From a virus, in IMG/VR virus record IMGVR_UViG_3300022745_000628, positions 1 to 64,000 of that record: a stretch of DNA of 64,000 nucleotides, one strand, 5' to 3'. The translations under genes and the position numbers were made by a program. Shown here one piece after another: positions 9,401 to 18,679 of this stretch; within the stretch, counting starts at the first letter, position 1, and each line of letters opens with the position of its first letter. The notes beneath the pieces are model-generated. The model saw only the letters and a list, made by a program, of their open reading frames with translations. It did no database searches and was not told the DNA's origin.

Positions 9401-10112
9401 TCCGGCGGTGAATCCAGTGTTGGACATTCCAGCAGTGCACGCGTTACGTAAAGTGCTATACGATTGGGCGTATACATTTACAGCCGGAATTACTAAAACA
9501 TTTGCAGCGTTTTTCCATGACTATTACGCTGGCTATCATTACTATTCGCAAGGATCCGCAATAGCAACACTTCCGTTGGATAGCAGAGCCGCTACCAGGT
9601 TTGGATGTGCAATTGGTAACGCTATTTTGCCAGTAGCCGACTTAATGGAAACGTTGGTTAGCGCGCAATTTGCTTCTGCCGCCAAAGACACTATTTTGTT
9701 ACGCAACTTTAACAGCACGCTAAGTACGGTGACACCCGGAGCGGACGCAGCTGTGGAGATTAGTGTTGATTCAGGTTCGTCGTGGAGCGATACTGGTTTT
9801 ACTTCTCAAGTAGTTAGCGGTGTCGTACAGATAAAGAAATCATCTGGTGACTGGTCCGGTATTACAGCCGGGGCGCTGCAAGTACGTTACGGGTACGGTG
9901 CTCCGTACGGTATTGCGCATTACTCTGGACTAACTCCGTCTAGTATTTATGCACAGGCGTACGGGGGATTCCTAGTCTCGACAAATGTTCAAACGGCTAT
10001 TGCAGCTGATGCCGGCTGGCCAATTTCACCGCTGTTTACGCCTTTAGTCGTGCAGACTCCGCTTGTCAGCGGTGTAAGTCACTTGTTACCTTCTGCTGGA
10101 GCCGGCCGTTAA
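6417..10112 (+). CDS. Large fibre/spike-like protein: duplicated LamG-like domain plus C-terminal SGNH/acetylesterase-like region
   Basis: 1231 aa, Ser/Thr/Gly-rich; internal duplication CLYFGPNAPETAFRNRY/CKYFGPNAVETGYRNRF; WLATQGDS and VRYGY motifs. Confidence 0.6.
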   Translation: MQFVSASQMPNTSINFGPSNDILDKRYLTSVSVSDWGRTAFATGLDLTWYMRCMVRVQRGLVNDGHVPLFGTRQYSGGTNQGFNCLYFGPNAPETAFRNRYVFFGLDSLGAGLGAVDYQDTWENMSTPKWQWGARSAEILDDDPRLLVWFYRLLSDNSPDPSTRTEIWTWKPGDSTYEQGDVIDNYFNRATAGSLSEPMYFGTDYWTGNRFFPGELGQFEASLADSDSLNMLTTAIKPRAWVQGHRVLQTVDSGIRVARQLSGPTDLAASPDPNGLTDGKPALVWSNNNQGGTGSTLSGGEFNYAYTAAYGPNFVFISENHGITLRPNRVTVSVMSLANGMPSDTVIKVRLINAQTNDILESSFVPDFVATVPSENTIDFLTVPNGYYTVQAGRSSTSILYGGEFVGKQLFQVSDSTTQGEASRTANTSILFSGSSTVLNGPQLQYWADSLSVSDSASLAFMARPNRSKLSGVDGAPTSATVFGTQAHTGTSEGICCKYFGPNAVETGYRNRFCIFARDYAGGYLGYYDATGSAASGTLRAIRSAEITDDAPRHVFLNITKTGSSTYECSIETRKTDGSSVETGDTVTVNFAGLRTGSAVLTVGSYTGASSSAASNFWYGEISDLMFSELSNDDWARENMVGGDKTYWTAGDPILYRPFTTPDDLSSGAISDTYPNFTWAGTHGALGSSLTGRSIGQHRFFSLNEYSDGQVVSCDSSSFTVNGYFDINTSATYYITVRLRSVTVPTRIYTRIVAISGTTPGPWEVTFANTGSEVIAQDWYTVTASIDSLGANQQYSCTSTRRIGVGHRIWVFGDEILRNTFLYNNSPLPHARLGNVTHTYMPALAGLATPSYGKYSSVLTTTGNNAYMTEITGRINAMLALTPGTTPPPVELVWLATQGDSLTNWLGDARSAEGNGSGSYLISDIAAALADHSALCSMFIHAHSHMSDVDVAADFGSGFKAQLDELYTGPTGLIQVVPNISRVSVVGAARRSPEVPAVNPVLDIPAVHALRKVLYDWAYTFTAGITKTFAAFFHDYYAGYHYYSQGSAIATLPLDSRAATRFGCAIGNAILPVADLMETLVSAQFASAAKDTILLRNFNSTLSTVTPGADAAVEISVDSGSSWSDTGFTSQVVSGVVQIKKSSGDWSGITAGALQVRYGYGAPYGIAHYSGLTPSSIYAQAYGGFLVSTNVQTAIAADAGWPISPLFTPLVVQTPLVSGVSHLLPSAGAGR

Positions 10113-10423
10113 TGGATGCCAAAGTATTAGCCAAGTTGCAAAAATTCTTAGGTTTTCAAATTGCACAAGCTTCGCCAGTAGAAGCTGAGCACAGTGCGCC
10201 AGCGTCTGCAGCTGTGAAAGAATTAGCGCAAATGCCTGAGATTAAGCCTATACTCGAGGCAAAAGATAAGCACTTCACGGCTAAGGCTGGTAAGAAGCTT
10301 ATGCCTCGTCCGTATAAGCATGTCAACAAGTTAAAAAAAGGAGCTGCCACTGCGGAAGATCTATTGAAAATGGCAGTGGCTAAGAAAAACATACTAAATA
10401 GCCTAAATATTCAGCAAAAGTAG
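10112..10423 (+). CDS. Basic hypothetical protein
   Basis: 103 aa, Lys/Ala-rich, TAATG coupling. Confidence 0.65.
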   Translation: MDAKVLAKLQKFLGFQIAQASPVEAEHSAPASAAVKELAQMPEIKPILEAKDKHFTAKAGKKLMPRPYKHVNKLKKGAATAEDLLKMAVAKKNILNSLNIQQK

Positions 10424-10513
10424 AATACTGCCTAATATATAGGCATGTGTTGTAGTAATATACTCCCAACCGATTTTAGTACATAATCGGAAATGCGCTA
10501 ATTTACCTCTAAA

Positions 10514-11275
10514 TTGGGAATTAACACAGGTATGGAGCCGGCTAAAACGAATGTGTATGCAGTGTGTATAGCCGGGAAAACTGGCGGACGCTCAGACATC
10601 TTACGCGGCACTATTCAATCATTTAAATCTCAAGTCTATGCCGGACAAAAACGGCTGGTGGTTGTTACAGATCGGCGGATACCGGAATTAGAAGCGAAAG
10701 ATCCGGAAGTCACATACGTGTTTATACCGCGAAAATGTATGCTGGGTGAATTGCGTAATGCCGCTAAAACATGGGTGGCGCAGCAAATAATAAGAGACAA
10801 ACGCGCATACTACATGTGTCACTGGGATGAGGGAGATTATAGACACCCAGATTTCTTGAATTATATGGTTAGACAAATGGAGGTGCAAAGTGTTGCAATG
10901 CTTACATCGGCGATACATGTGGATTTACTCACCGGGAATATTATTGTGAAAACTGAGCCGGCCGGTGTGCACAGTACATTGCTGTATTCTCCGTTCCTCC
11001 GATTAGGCTTCGACAAAATTCAGCAAAACGTGACACGCAATTTTGTAAATTCCCTGACTTCTCCGCCGCCAATGTTAAAAAAGACGTTCTTATTGCCCAA
11101 TTTGCAAGTAGTGAGCAATGACACGCATTTAATAGTCAGGTTTTACGATGGCCACAACGCCAAATCACAGCGAGAGTTCATGTTGGCCGACAAGTTTAGT
11201 CGTCCGGCAACTGATTCTGAAACGGCATATGTCAAACTAATAATGGAAAAATACGTGACCAATTCGGATCTATAA
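10514..11275 (+). CDS. Glycosyltransferase family 2-like protein (degenerate DxD)
   Basis: QSFKSQVY..RLVVVTD..LGELRNAA..YYMCHWDEGDYRHPDFL follows the GT2 pattern. Confidence 0.7.
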   Translation: MGINTGMEPAKTNVYAVCIAGKTGGRSDILRGTIQSFKSQVYAGQKRLVVVTDRRIPELEAKDPEVTYVFIPRKCMLGELRNAAKTWVAQQIIRDKRAYYMCHWDEGDYRHPDFLNYMVRQMEVQSVAMLTSAIHVDLLTGNIIVKTEPAGVHSTLLYSPFLRLGFDKIQQNVTRNFVNSLTSPPPMLKKTFLLPNLQVVSNDTHLIVRFYDGHNAKSQREFMLADKFSRPATDSETAYVKLIMEKYVTNSDL

Positions 11276-11307
11276 TAGTGGAATAATCAATTCACCCGAG
11301 GTTATCG

Positions 11308-12831
11308 ATGGATCCGAAAAGTATCAACGAAGAGTTTTCGCGCGATTTGCAGTTTATACGGCAGGTCGGTATCGAAAAACAGGCCATATTCGGTGCGATT
11401 GGCGCAGTGGCACGCGGTGTTGGCGCAGCCTTGCCTTTTATTAAAAATGTTTTTCCGGCAGTCGTACGTGGCGGTGCCGCGGCAGCGAATAGTCCAATTG
11501 GAAAAGCTGTTAATACAGCGAGTACGTTCGGATCGTTTACGGACGGGACCATCGGAGCACTTACACAAGCTGGGCAGGCCGCCGTCAATGTCGGTAAGAA
11601 GGGGGTGGGCGTTACGAACCGTGTCTTAAACAATCCAATAGGTAGTACGTTACCATTTGTAGGACTGTCGCTTGGGCCAGCGGCTTACGATACTTTCTAC
11701 ACAACTCCGCATAATAATTTCGTTATTGATAATGAAAACAAAGCGTTAGGCGAGCAGTACAACAAGTTTTATAACAACGCTACGCCAGAACAGCAGCAAG
11801 AACTGACCAGCGTTGCCGACGGAATACGCGCACAGTATTCAACAGGTATGGCACCTGGGGTAGATAGAGACCGCTTAGTGGAGCACGCGGTCAATCAGCA
11901 TATGCTGCACAACTATATCAACAAACAAACCGACCCGGCTGCCGCGGCAACGCAGCCTGCTTCTGCAGGCGCACAGTCGCAGTCGCAGTCTCAATCGCAA
12001 GATCAGGCACAAAACCCAGAAACAGCCGCACCAGCCGCACCAGCCGAAGTAAATGCGCAGGCTGCTCAGGCAGCTCAATCCGCAGGGCCGTTTCAAAGCT
12101 TTACAGAAAAAGCCAAAGAGATGTTGCACGCTGCACCTGAGAAGGTAAAGGAAATTGCTCACGGCGCACAGTCAACTGTGACTAATGCGCTGCAAAATCC
12201 GGCAATAAAGACAGACGTGGATATATGGGGGAAGACCGGAGAAATCGGGCAGAATTTAATGACTAACGCCACGAACATGTTGTCGTCCGTAGTGCAAGAT
12301 CCGAAGCAAATACCCGAGATATTGAAAAATATGCAGCCTGCTGAAATTGTGGGCGCTGGGTTAGGGCTGAGCGCGTTGGCAATCGGCGTGATGCGTTTGC
12401 TAGGCGGCCAAGGCGGACTAGGCTCTGTATTGTTGAGTATGTTAGGCGCGGCTGGCGCAGTAGCCGCCACCGGGAATGCATTTGGCAGGGGTAACGCAGG
12501 TGGCGCAGCGACCGGCGCGCCTGCTGAGGCTGCAGCAGCCGCTCCTGCTCCTGCGGCCACTCCAGCTCTTGCCGGGGCTCTGGCAGGGTCTGCTGCCCCG
12601 CAGCAAATGGCGGCTCAAAATCCAGGTGCGTTACTAGACTCGTTGCAAAACAACCCTAAGTTTGTGCAAGCGTTGCCGCAGATCAATGCTATGGCTCAGC
12701 GCGGCATGTTCGGCTATGACGGGCTGGGTAAATCGGCAGTGCGCAGCGAGATAGCTAAACAGCTAGGTATTACAGATCCGCAGACGGTTGACTCCTTGGT
12801 AGCTGAATATCGCAGACGGGCTGGGCTGTAA
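11308..12831 (+). CDS. Ala/Gln-rich putative virion (internal) protein
   Basis: 507 aa low complexity; EKQA|IFG motif; Gly-rich hydrophobic segments. Confidence 0.6.
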   Translation: MDPKSINEEFSRDLQFIRQVGIEKQAIFGAIGAVARGVGAALPFIKNVFPAVVRGGAAAANSPIGKAVNTASTFGSFTDGTIGALTQAGQAAVNVGKKGVGVTNRVLNNPIGSTLPFVGLSLGPAAYDTFYTTPHNNFVIDNENKALGEQYNKFYNNATPEQQQELTSVADGIRAQYSTGMAPGVDRDRLVEHAVNQHMLHNYINKQTDPAAAATQPASAGAQSQSQSQSQDQAQNPETAAPAAPAEVNAQAAQAAQSAGPFQSFTEKAKEMLHAAPEKVKEIAHGAQSTVTNALQNPAIKTDVDIWGKTGEIGQNLMTNATNMLSSVVQDPKQIPEILKNMQPAEIVGAGLGLSALAIGVMRLLGGQGGLGSVLLSMLGAAGAVAATGNAFGRGNAGGAATGAPAEAAAAAPAPAATPALAGALAGSAAPQQMAAQNPGALLDSLQNNPKFVQALPQINAMAQRGMFGYDGLGKSAVRSEIAKQLGITDPQTVDSLVAEYRRRAGL

Positions 12832-13796
12832 TGCGCGTAGCGGCGATGGTGGCTACTCGGCTGCCGTATGGCATACCGCAATACGTTGCGAATATGCGTT
12901 GGGCGCTGCAAACGTTAGATTACGATATTCACGTGGTACTAGCTGGCGACGTGGATTCCGATAATTTACCCAAGGGTGTTACGTATCATCACGTACCGTT
13001 GGACGAAAACAAATGGCGGGACACATACGAGCTCGATTTACCGCAACTACTAGAAGGTAACAAGTACGACGTAATCGTACTCTCACAAACGGACCAACAG
13101 TTTAAGCAGCGAATATATGGCCAAGTACAAGAGGCTTTAACAAAATCACGCTGTATTTTGACGTCTGAATATAATGGGTTTGAGATTCTAGATTCGAAGA
13201 ATGTATATGTCTATCCGCGGCTGCATGACGTCGGGGCCATTTATCCGGCAGAGTTGTTAAGGCGATCTCGGGCAGACGGTATATCCTTTAGCAGCAAGCT
13301 GACGCATCCTTGGCTGATTGAACAGATCAAGGCTGTAGCATCAAAAGGTTATTCCCTGCATTTCACGCCAATGCAGGATTACCCAGAAAACGGGTGGAGC
13401 GAATGCATGCTCGAGTTCTCGCTATGGGGGTTTTTTAACAATGTGCAGGCACTTAAACGAGATATGCTTGTGCATTTCAGCGGATGTGAGCGCATACCCT
13501 TCCGATATCCAGCTATTTTCGATCCCACAATCACGGTACCGGCATTAAATGACATTAATACGGATAGCAGATCTGCGTTGGATCAGGTGGCTACATCGCT
13601 GGCCTTTCTGCATTTCACCGGAGATCGGATAGCTACTTCAGAAGTACTGCGATATATCGGCAAGTCCGACGAAGGCCCGAGAATTGTGCGCATATTAAAG
13701 GTTTTGAATCAAATAGGGCCGCAGTGGCTGGGCAAAGCTGAATTAGCCAGAGTAGCAGAGCTGTTTCACCGGTTTAAAGCTAAATTTGATGTTTAA
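12831..13796 (+). CDS. Hypothetical protein, possibly GT-A-fold glycosyltransferase
   Basis: 321 aa; N-terminal beta-alpha pattern, YDVIVLSQTDQ in the DxD position. Confidence 0.45.
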   Translation: MRVAAMVATRLPYGIPQYVANMRWALQTLDYDIHVVLAGDVDSDNLPKGVTYHHVPLDENKWRDTYELDLPQLLEGNKYDVIVLSQTDQQFKQRIYGQVQEALTKSRCILTSEYNGFEILDSKNVYVYPRLHDVGAIYPAELLRRSRADGISFSSKLTHPWLIEQIKAVASKGYSLHFTPMQDYPENGWSECMLEFSLWGFFNNVQALKRDMLVHFSGCERIPFRYPAIFDPTITVPALNDINTDSRSALDQVATSLAFLHFTGDRIATSEVLRYIGKSDEGPRIVRILKVLNQIGPQWLGKAELARVAELFHRFKAKFDV

Positions 13797-13813
13797 ACGC
13801 GTCATATATTGTG
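13778..13813 (+). promoter_or_regulatory. Bipartite phage promoter motif, copy 1
   Basis: CTAAAT at 13780, GCGTCATATAT at 13799. Confidence 0.75.
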
Positions 13814-13905
13814 TACGGATTGCTATTGTTAGCAATTCGCGGTAACTTACCAAATCACAATATTTTTAGGCGTTAGGCGGCTTACGGTAATAGGAGACGT
13901 TAACG

Positions 13906-14289
13906 ATGGCAAATAATTTGCTAACCTATGAGGAGATGTCGAGTGCTACAACGGCAAATCGCATGGCTGTACGCGCATGCAACAATTTTTATGAGGAGTT
14001 CGCTGGAATAGCCGGTTGCGAGCTATTGCGCTCATTGTCAAAACTGCGCAATAAACATTTCGTGATTGTGTTAGACGCTACTGAACCAACTGTGGCAGCT
14101 ATACCGCAATTTCAAGCCGCGTATTTGCCACAGTTGCAGCTTGTGCAGCAACTGTCTATGCAAAACGCGCCGCAGGCCCTACTCGTGTTTATGTGGCGCC
14201 ACACTAATTTGAACATGGGTATGTGGCTACCACCAGCCGCGGAAAGCTCAACGTGGCCTTTCCCAGCTGACGTCGTGCACCTTGATTAA
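13906..14289 (+). CDS. Hypothetical protein
   Basis: AGGAG RBS; downstream of promoter motif. Confidence 0.7.
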   Translation: MANNLLTYEEMSSATTANRMAVRACNNFYEEFAGIAGCELLRSLSKLRNKHFVIVLDATEPTVAAIPQFQAAYLPQLQLVQQLSMQNAPQALLVFMWRHTNLNMGMWLPPAAESSTWPFPADVVHLD

Positions 14290-14445
14290 GGAGGGTCAAA
14301 TTTGTGCGATACGCCTACACTATTGGCAGTTGCACGTAAAGCTATTCTGCGTAGAATAGACATACAGTTAGCTGCAATGCCAACGCTGGGGTTGCGGTTT
14401 TATAAATTCAGCGATAGTCGCTAAATAATTTTGTGGAGAAGAAGT

Positions 14446-14805
14446 ATGCCTAAAATAAAGGTGTCAAAAAGGGTTTTGGAGCAATTGCTCGATGCTGCTG
14501 AGCATTTCATTGAAATTGAAGCACCAAGTTGTGTGCTGGACAGATTCGAGAACGACAATCCGCACTGGAGTCGCACACGAGAATGTCTGAAGCTGTATCT
14601 CGGTCGAGAATTGACCAATATGGAGATCACGCTTTTGTCGTTAACGCGCGAGTACGGCCCGTACCCAGCGTTGAATGAAGAAGATGTTGAAGAATTGCAG
14701 CGCGCGTTTTTCCCAAATGGCGCCGAACGTGGCGAATATATATCATGGGAAGAAAGCGTAGATTTGATCGACGGATTGCTGGAACATTCCAGCGTTAATG
14801 TTTAG
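14446..14805 (+). CDS. Hypothetical protein, paralog of 3699..4049
   Basis: LLSLTREY...FFPNG..GEYISWE; GGAG RBS. Confidence 0.7.
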   Translation: MPKIKVSKRVLEQLLDAAEHFIEIEAPSCVLDRFENDNPHWSRTRECLKLYLGRELTNMEITLLSLTREYGPYPALNEEDVEELQRAFFPNGAERGEYISWEESVDLIDGLLEHSSVNV

Positions 14806-14868
14806 GCAACTACACGTGGTAAACAACGAGGGAGTGATAGCGAATTTGCTAACATTCCCTGTTGTTTT

Positions 14869-14904
14869 ACCTAAAACAGTTGCAAAAATGCGTCATATAT
14901 AATG
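14869..14904 (+). promoter_or_regulatory. Bipartite phage promoter motif, copy 2
   Basis: CTAAAA at 14871, GCGTCATATATAAT at 14890; preceded by hairpin 14821-14867. Confidence 0.75.
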
Positions 14905-15032
14905 GATACTCATATCCATTCATAGAGTCTTTTTTTAGGTAAGAAAGGTGCTCTACAATGTAACATAGCGGACTTCTTCAATCCCGCTGATGTTGGATAA
15001 TCTCTCAGGAATTTATTGGCAGGATGACCAAT

Positions 15033-15182
15033 ATGTGGCGAATAGCTCAATTCTTAACTACGGCGGCGATCTGTTTCCTAGTTTTTTTATGTCTATTGCA
15101 ATCAGTTGTGATTGCGATCATTGGCGCGGCTGCGTGTGCCGTCGCTACTTGCGGAAGTGATACTTACACGCTTCATATTTGA
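15033..15182 (+). CDS. 49-aa hydrophobic membrane microprotein
   Basis: Manual translation MWRIAQFLTTAAICFLVFLCLLQSVVIAIIGAAACAVATCGSDTYTLHI. Confidence 0.45.
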   Translation: MWRIAQFLTTAAICFLVFLCLLQSVVIAIIGAAACAVATCGSDTYTLHI

Positions 15183-15197
15183 AGCAGGAGAATAACC

Positions 15198-15446
15198 ATG
15201 AAAGTTATACGTGAACTCTGGAACTTCCATGTGCGCCATTGGCGCCCGACGTTCGTGATGAGCATGTCTGCGGCGACATGTATTTTTGTAGCCGCGACTG
15301 TACCTACTGGTTACATGGTCACGGCCATGCTAGGCATGTTATCGGCGTACGCCGGTTGGCAAGCCTTTACTGTTCTTGTGCAAGAAGCTGTTCGTGAATT
15401 TGCAGATAGGGCAGGATGTCCACAAGTACCACAATCGGATTGCTAA
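15198..15446 (+). CDS. Two-TM membrane protein
   Basis: AGGAG RBS; two hydrophobic helices. Confidence 0.65.
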   Translation: MKVIRELWNFHVRHWRPTFVMSMSAATCIFVAATVPTGYMVTAMLGMLSAYAGWQAFTVLVQEAVREFADRAGCPQVPQSDC

Positions 15447-16138
15447 GCGATCCATGTCTTGCGATTCAACGCGGAAGTTGGTCTGTTGCCCAGCTTCCAA
15501 AGCTTGTTTTGCAAAGATGGCTGAAAAAGTTGCGGAATGTGCATACTTGCGAAGTAGAGCAAAAATGCGCATTTTTTATGCAAGTGGCGGATAGCATAAT
15601 CGGTGCATCCGCCGCTTTGTCGTTATGGCCTGTCCGAACGATTATGTATCGGGAGCTGCTGCGATTATCAAAATCACCGGATTTCGCCGACATGTCGGTG
15701 ACAGACGTTGAACAGCTAGTGTTCGAGGTGTTGCAACTTCGACTAAAGCATTTACAGTACGATAAGGATGCTATCGAGTTGTACGATAAGCTGAAACACG
15801 TATGCCGAGCGCGTGGAAAAAACAGGCATCTGATCAGTTCCGTATTAGACGCACCGCGTGCGAATATTGCACGTTATGTAGTTAATACGGGACACCCGTT
15901 TCAGAAGTCCGTTAAGCACGGCGAGAACGCGTGTAGACTGGGTCGGCGCTGTAACAAGCATATGGAGGATGCCGACAATCCAGAATTACTTGCCGACAAG
16001 GTGTCGGAAGAATCAGAAATGATTTTGCAGTGCATGGCGCCAGCGGATCATGGCGAGTTCACAGGCTTAGGGCCGAGTAGGCGAGCTATTCGGACTAGCT
16101 GGCAAGATAGGACTATCGGAAATAGGCGTAAAAGCTGA
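15416..16138 (+). CDS. Hypothetical protein (true start probably downstream)
   Basis: Long ORF ending before the terminator at 16160. Confidence 0.6.
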   Translation: MSTSTTIGLLSDPCLAIQRGSWSVAQLPKLVLQRWLKKLRNVHTCEVEQKCAFFMQVADSIIGASAALSLWPVRTIMYRELLRLSKSPDFADMSVTDVEQLVFEVLQLRLKHLQYDKDAIELYDKLKHVCRARGKNRHLISSVLDAPRANIARYVVNTGHPFQKSVKHGENACRLGRRCNKHMEDADNPELLADKVSEESEMILQCMAPADHGEFTGLGPSRRAIRTSWQDRTIGNRRKS

Positions 16139-16159
16139 CAATCCGATGTAAGCCACAAG

Positions 16160-16194
16160 AGCCTGGCGGTGCAAACTGCCAGGCTTTCTTTTTT
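16160..16194 (+). terminator. Intrinsic terminator
   Basis: 11-bp stem, GCAA loop, T tract. Confidence 0.85.
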
Positions 16195-16217
16195 ATTTCA
16201 TATTTAAGGGTCAAAAA

Positions 16218-16880
16218 ATGCATTTTAGGACTACTAGCCCCACGACTAACGTGGCTGCTACGACAATGTGTTACTGGAAAGCGGCCATAACCAATTTTTC
16301 GAATACGTCGGAATATGCTGATAGTTCGGAGCCGGGCAGTGTATACGCGGAACTGATCTCAGCTATGTCGCCTGTGCCGGCATCCGGCGCTAACAGTGTA
16401 ACAAACGTATTGAACAATTGGCCTGAGCGCGAGACGCGGTTTGAAACAGCGGTACACAGCACCATCGAAAAGCTCAGTGTTTGGCTCGACACCAAAGATA
16501 TTCATGATTGGGGCAGCGCAACGGTGTACGTGCGTACCGCGATTAAACTGCATATGATGATCAGTACGATCATGGCCGACATGATCTGGTACAGGCGTTT
16601 GCGAAAATTGAATTACGTTGCTGCAAACGATATGTTTGACAAACAAACCGAGCAGATATTATCCGAATTTCCGCTGAACAGGCTATGTCGGTTTCTTTTG
16701 GACAGTTATGATAGCAAGCCAGCGCGCCGAGCTAGTATTTTGGCGACGCAACGCGGGCTGCTTTACGGGCTACACCTGTTGGATGCGCCGGTTCTTTGGA
16801 AATCAAGCCGTAGGCATTTGCAATCAGAAATTGACGCTCATCCAGCAGCTAAAGACTGGCTAACCTACACTTTTCTTTAG
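16218..16880 (+). CDS. Hypothetical protein
   Basis: 220-aa ORF. Confidence 0.65.
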   Translation: MHFRTTSPTTNVAATTMCYWKAAITNFSNTSEYADSSEPGSVYAELISAMSPVPASGANSVTNVLNNWPERETRFETAVHSTIEKLSVWLDTKDIHDWGSATVYVRTAIKLHMMISTIMADMIWYRRLRKLNYVAANDMFDKQTEQILSEFPLNRLCRFLLDSYDSKPARRASILATQRGLLYGLHLLDAPVLWKSSRRHLQSEIDAHPAAKDWLTYTFL

Positions 16881-16882
16881 AT

Positions 16883-17137
16883 TTGACTTGTAATCCAAAA
16901 CAACCCGCGGTAAAAATGTACCGCGGGTTGAACATAGTAAAGCAGGAGTGCAGGAAACATAGAATGGAAAAATTACGACAAACGACATTCGCCGAACTGT
17001 CAGATACGCTGCGGGCAGAATTCGATGTAAAATCGGACGATAGGCAGGTTGCACGCGTGTACGAGGTGCTGGCAGAAATGCTGAACACTCACGGAGCTGT
17101 CAAAGTACTGGAGCATTTAAAAAAGCTGAATAAATAA
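16883..17137 (+). CDS. Hypothetical protein
   Basis: 84-aa ORF, start uncertain. Confidence 0.55.
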   Translation: MTCNPKQPAVKMYRGLNIVKQECRKHRMEKLRQTTFAELSDTLRAEFDVKSDDRQVARVYEVLAEMLNTHGAVKVLEHLKKLNK

Positions 17138-17164
17138 TCGGACAGCTTATCATCGCAATTTTCA

Positions 17165-17695
17165 TTGAAACTATTTCGGATACTCGATATGGCAGCCAGT
17201 AATGCAAATATTTCAAACAACGGAGCGGCTTGGCAGAATGGAACATGGGCTCCTACTGCACCAGTTTGGCCAGAGACCATCTTATACGGTTACCCACCGA
17301 ATTACATGCTAAACGGGAATAATGGCGCTGTAATATCCGGAAATCACGGTGTGCAGGTATCATCTGGGGCGACGTACTGGTCGAGCAGTACAAATAGAAA
17401 AGGAAAAGCGCGGAAAATAAAAACAACTGCCGAAATAGAGGCGGACGCCAAACCATTCACATTTGATACTTTGTTTAAAATGTTGCGCGATGGCGAGGGT
17501 GCAAACATATTAACGCGTGTAGTAGGATCGATATCGCTTTATCAGGTAATGTTATTTAGTAAAAGCGGCCAGCGGATCATTTTCGAAGTGACTGCCGTTG
17601 AGCCAGCTAAAGCATTTAAAAAACTGGTGATTAAGCATCTAAAGGTATTGCGAGCTTCGCGAATGTCCGCAGTCGATGCGCCGGCTGCGCCGTAA
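17165..17695 (+). CDS. Hypothetical protein
   Basis: Gly/Asn-rich N-terminal half, globular C-terminal half. Confidence 0.6.
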   Translation: MKLFRILDMAASNANISNNGAAWQNGTWAPTAPVWPETILYGYPPNYMLNGNNGAVISGNHGVQVSSGATYWSSSTNRKGKARKIKTTAEIEADAKPFTFDTLFKMLRDGEGANILTRVVGSISLYQVMLFSKSGQRIIFEVTAVEPAKAFKKLVIKHLKVLRASRMSAVDAPAAP

Positions 17696-17742
17696 TGTTT
17701 TGCAAACACACTACGTCTTTCAATATTTAAGCAGGTCGTGAC

Positions 17743-18018
17743 ATGCTGGCACCAAATGAGCGTATGTGGCGCGTATTGAACACGCGCGGAACATTGCGGC
17801 TGACACCGATTCCTAACGAAGAGATACATACTTTTATAAATGTGAACGAGCATATTGATTGCAGGCACTACAATAGTGTGACTATCGACGATGCTTTGCA
17901 ACACAACTCTTCTAAAGGCACTCAGCGATTATTCAGCCTTTTTAACATTCGATTAGAATTTGAGGCCGCAGTCCTAGCTACGGAATATGCCGCAAATAAA
18001 CGGAGCCCGCGGAAATGA
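17743..18018 (+). CDS. NxxMWxKL-family protein
   Basis: PNERMWRVL. Confidence 0.8.
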   Translation: MLAPNERMWRVLNTRGTLRLTPIPNEEIHTFINVNEHIDCRHYNSVTIDDALQHNSSKGTQRLFSLFNIRLEFEAAVLATEYAANKRSPRK

Positions 18019-18296
18019 GAAATTTGAATTTGAAGATGTGGTGTAGGCTGCACATGTTACATAAACCCGAAGACGCTGCTAATATATTACCGATGTGCGG
18101 GCGACCTAGAAATATTCGCTTAGAAGGCGGACTAACTACAATAAACGCGTTCGCTCGGCCCGCACATATGGTGACCGCACTATGTTCTGCGCGTGTAATA
18201 GTTGCCGGTACCCCTCCACTTTTTGATACATCTCGTAATGTGGATTACATAGTGTGCTACGAATTGACAAATAATAACCGGCATTTGAGCTATTAA
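18015..18296 (+). CDS. NxxMWxKL-family protein
   Basis: LNLKMWCRL. Confidence 0.8.
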   Translation: MRNLNLKMWCRLHMLHKPEDAANILPMCGRPRNIRLEGGLTTINAFARPAHMVTALCSARVIVAGTPPLFDTSRNVDYIVCYELTNNNRHLSY

Positions 18297-18342
18297 TGAC
18301 TAAACATATTCAAGCATCGAAAACTCAGCAGAAACGTATTAA

Positions 18343-18636
18343 ATGAGTACACCTAATGTAGATATGTGGAAGAAAATCAATACTAGAGCTACAGTATTCT
18401 TTTCAACAGTACCTGATGAAGATGACACGGTATCTATAGATATCGATAGGCATCTGGATTGCGAGCACTGGTGTAGTGCTACCATAAGTGCAATACTGCA
18501 AATTAATTCTACCAATCCACGCATTTTCGCGGGGAACCCTGTACGCAAAAGTATTGTAAAAACAACACGCTGTTGTATAGTGCGCTGGGTGGCGCCCCTA
18601 CTCGGCACTCCGGAGTGGCGCCACTGTTTGGGGTAG
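18343..18636 (+). CDS. NxxMWxKL-family protein
   Basis: PNVDMWKKI; resembles 17743 (H-x-D-C-x-H). Confidence 0.8.
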   Translation: MSTPNVDMWKKINTRATVFFSTVPDEDDTVSIDIDRHLDCEHWCSATISAILQINSTNPRIFAGNPVRKSIVKTTRCCIVRWVAPLLGTPEWRHCLG

Positions 18637-18679
18637 AGCCGCGTACTATAATGAACCACATTTATGCTTCGAGATATTA

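Noticed and set aside
11292-12560. Minus-strand ORFs over the Ala-rich gene
   Set aside because: Antisense shadows of GCN-rich codons.
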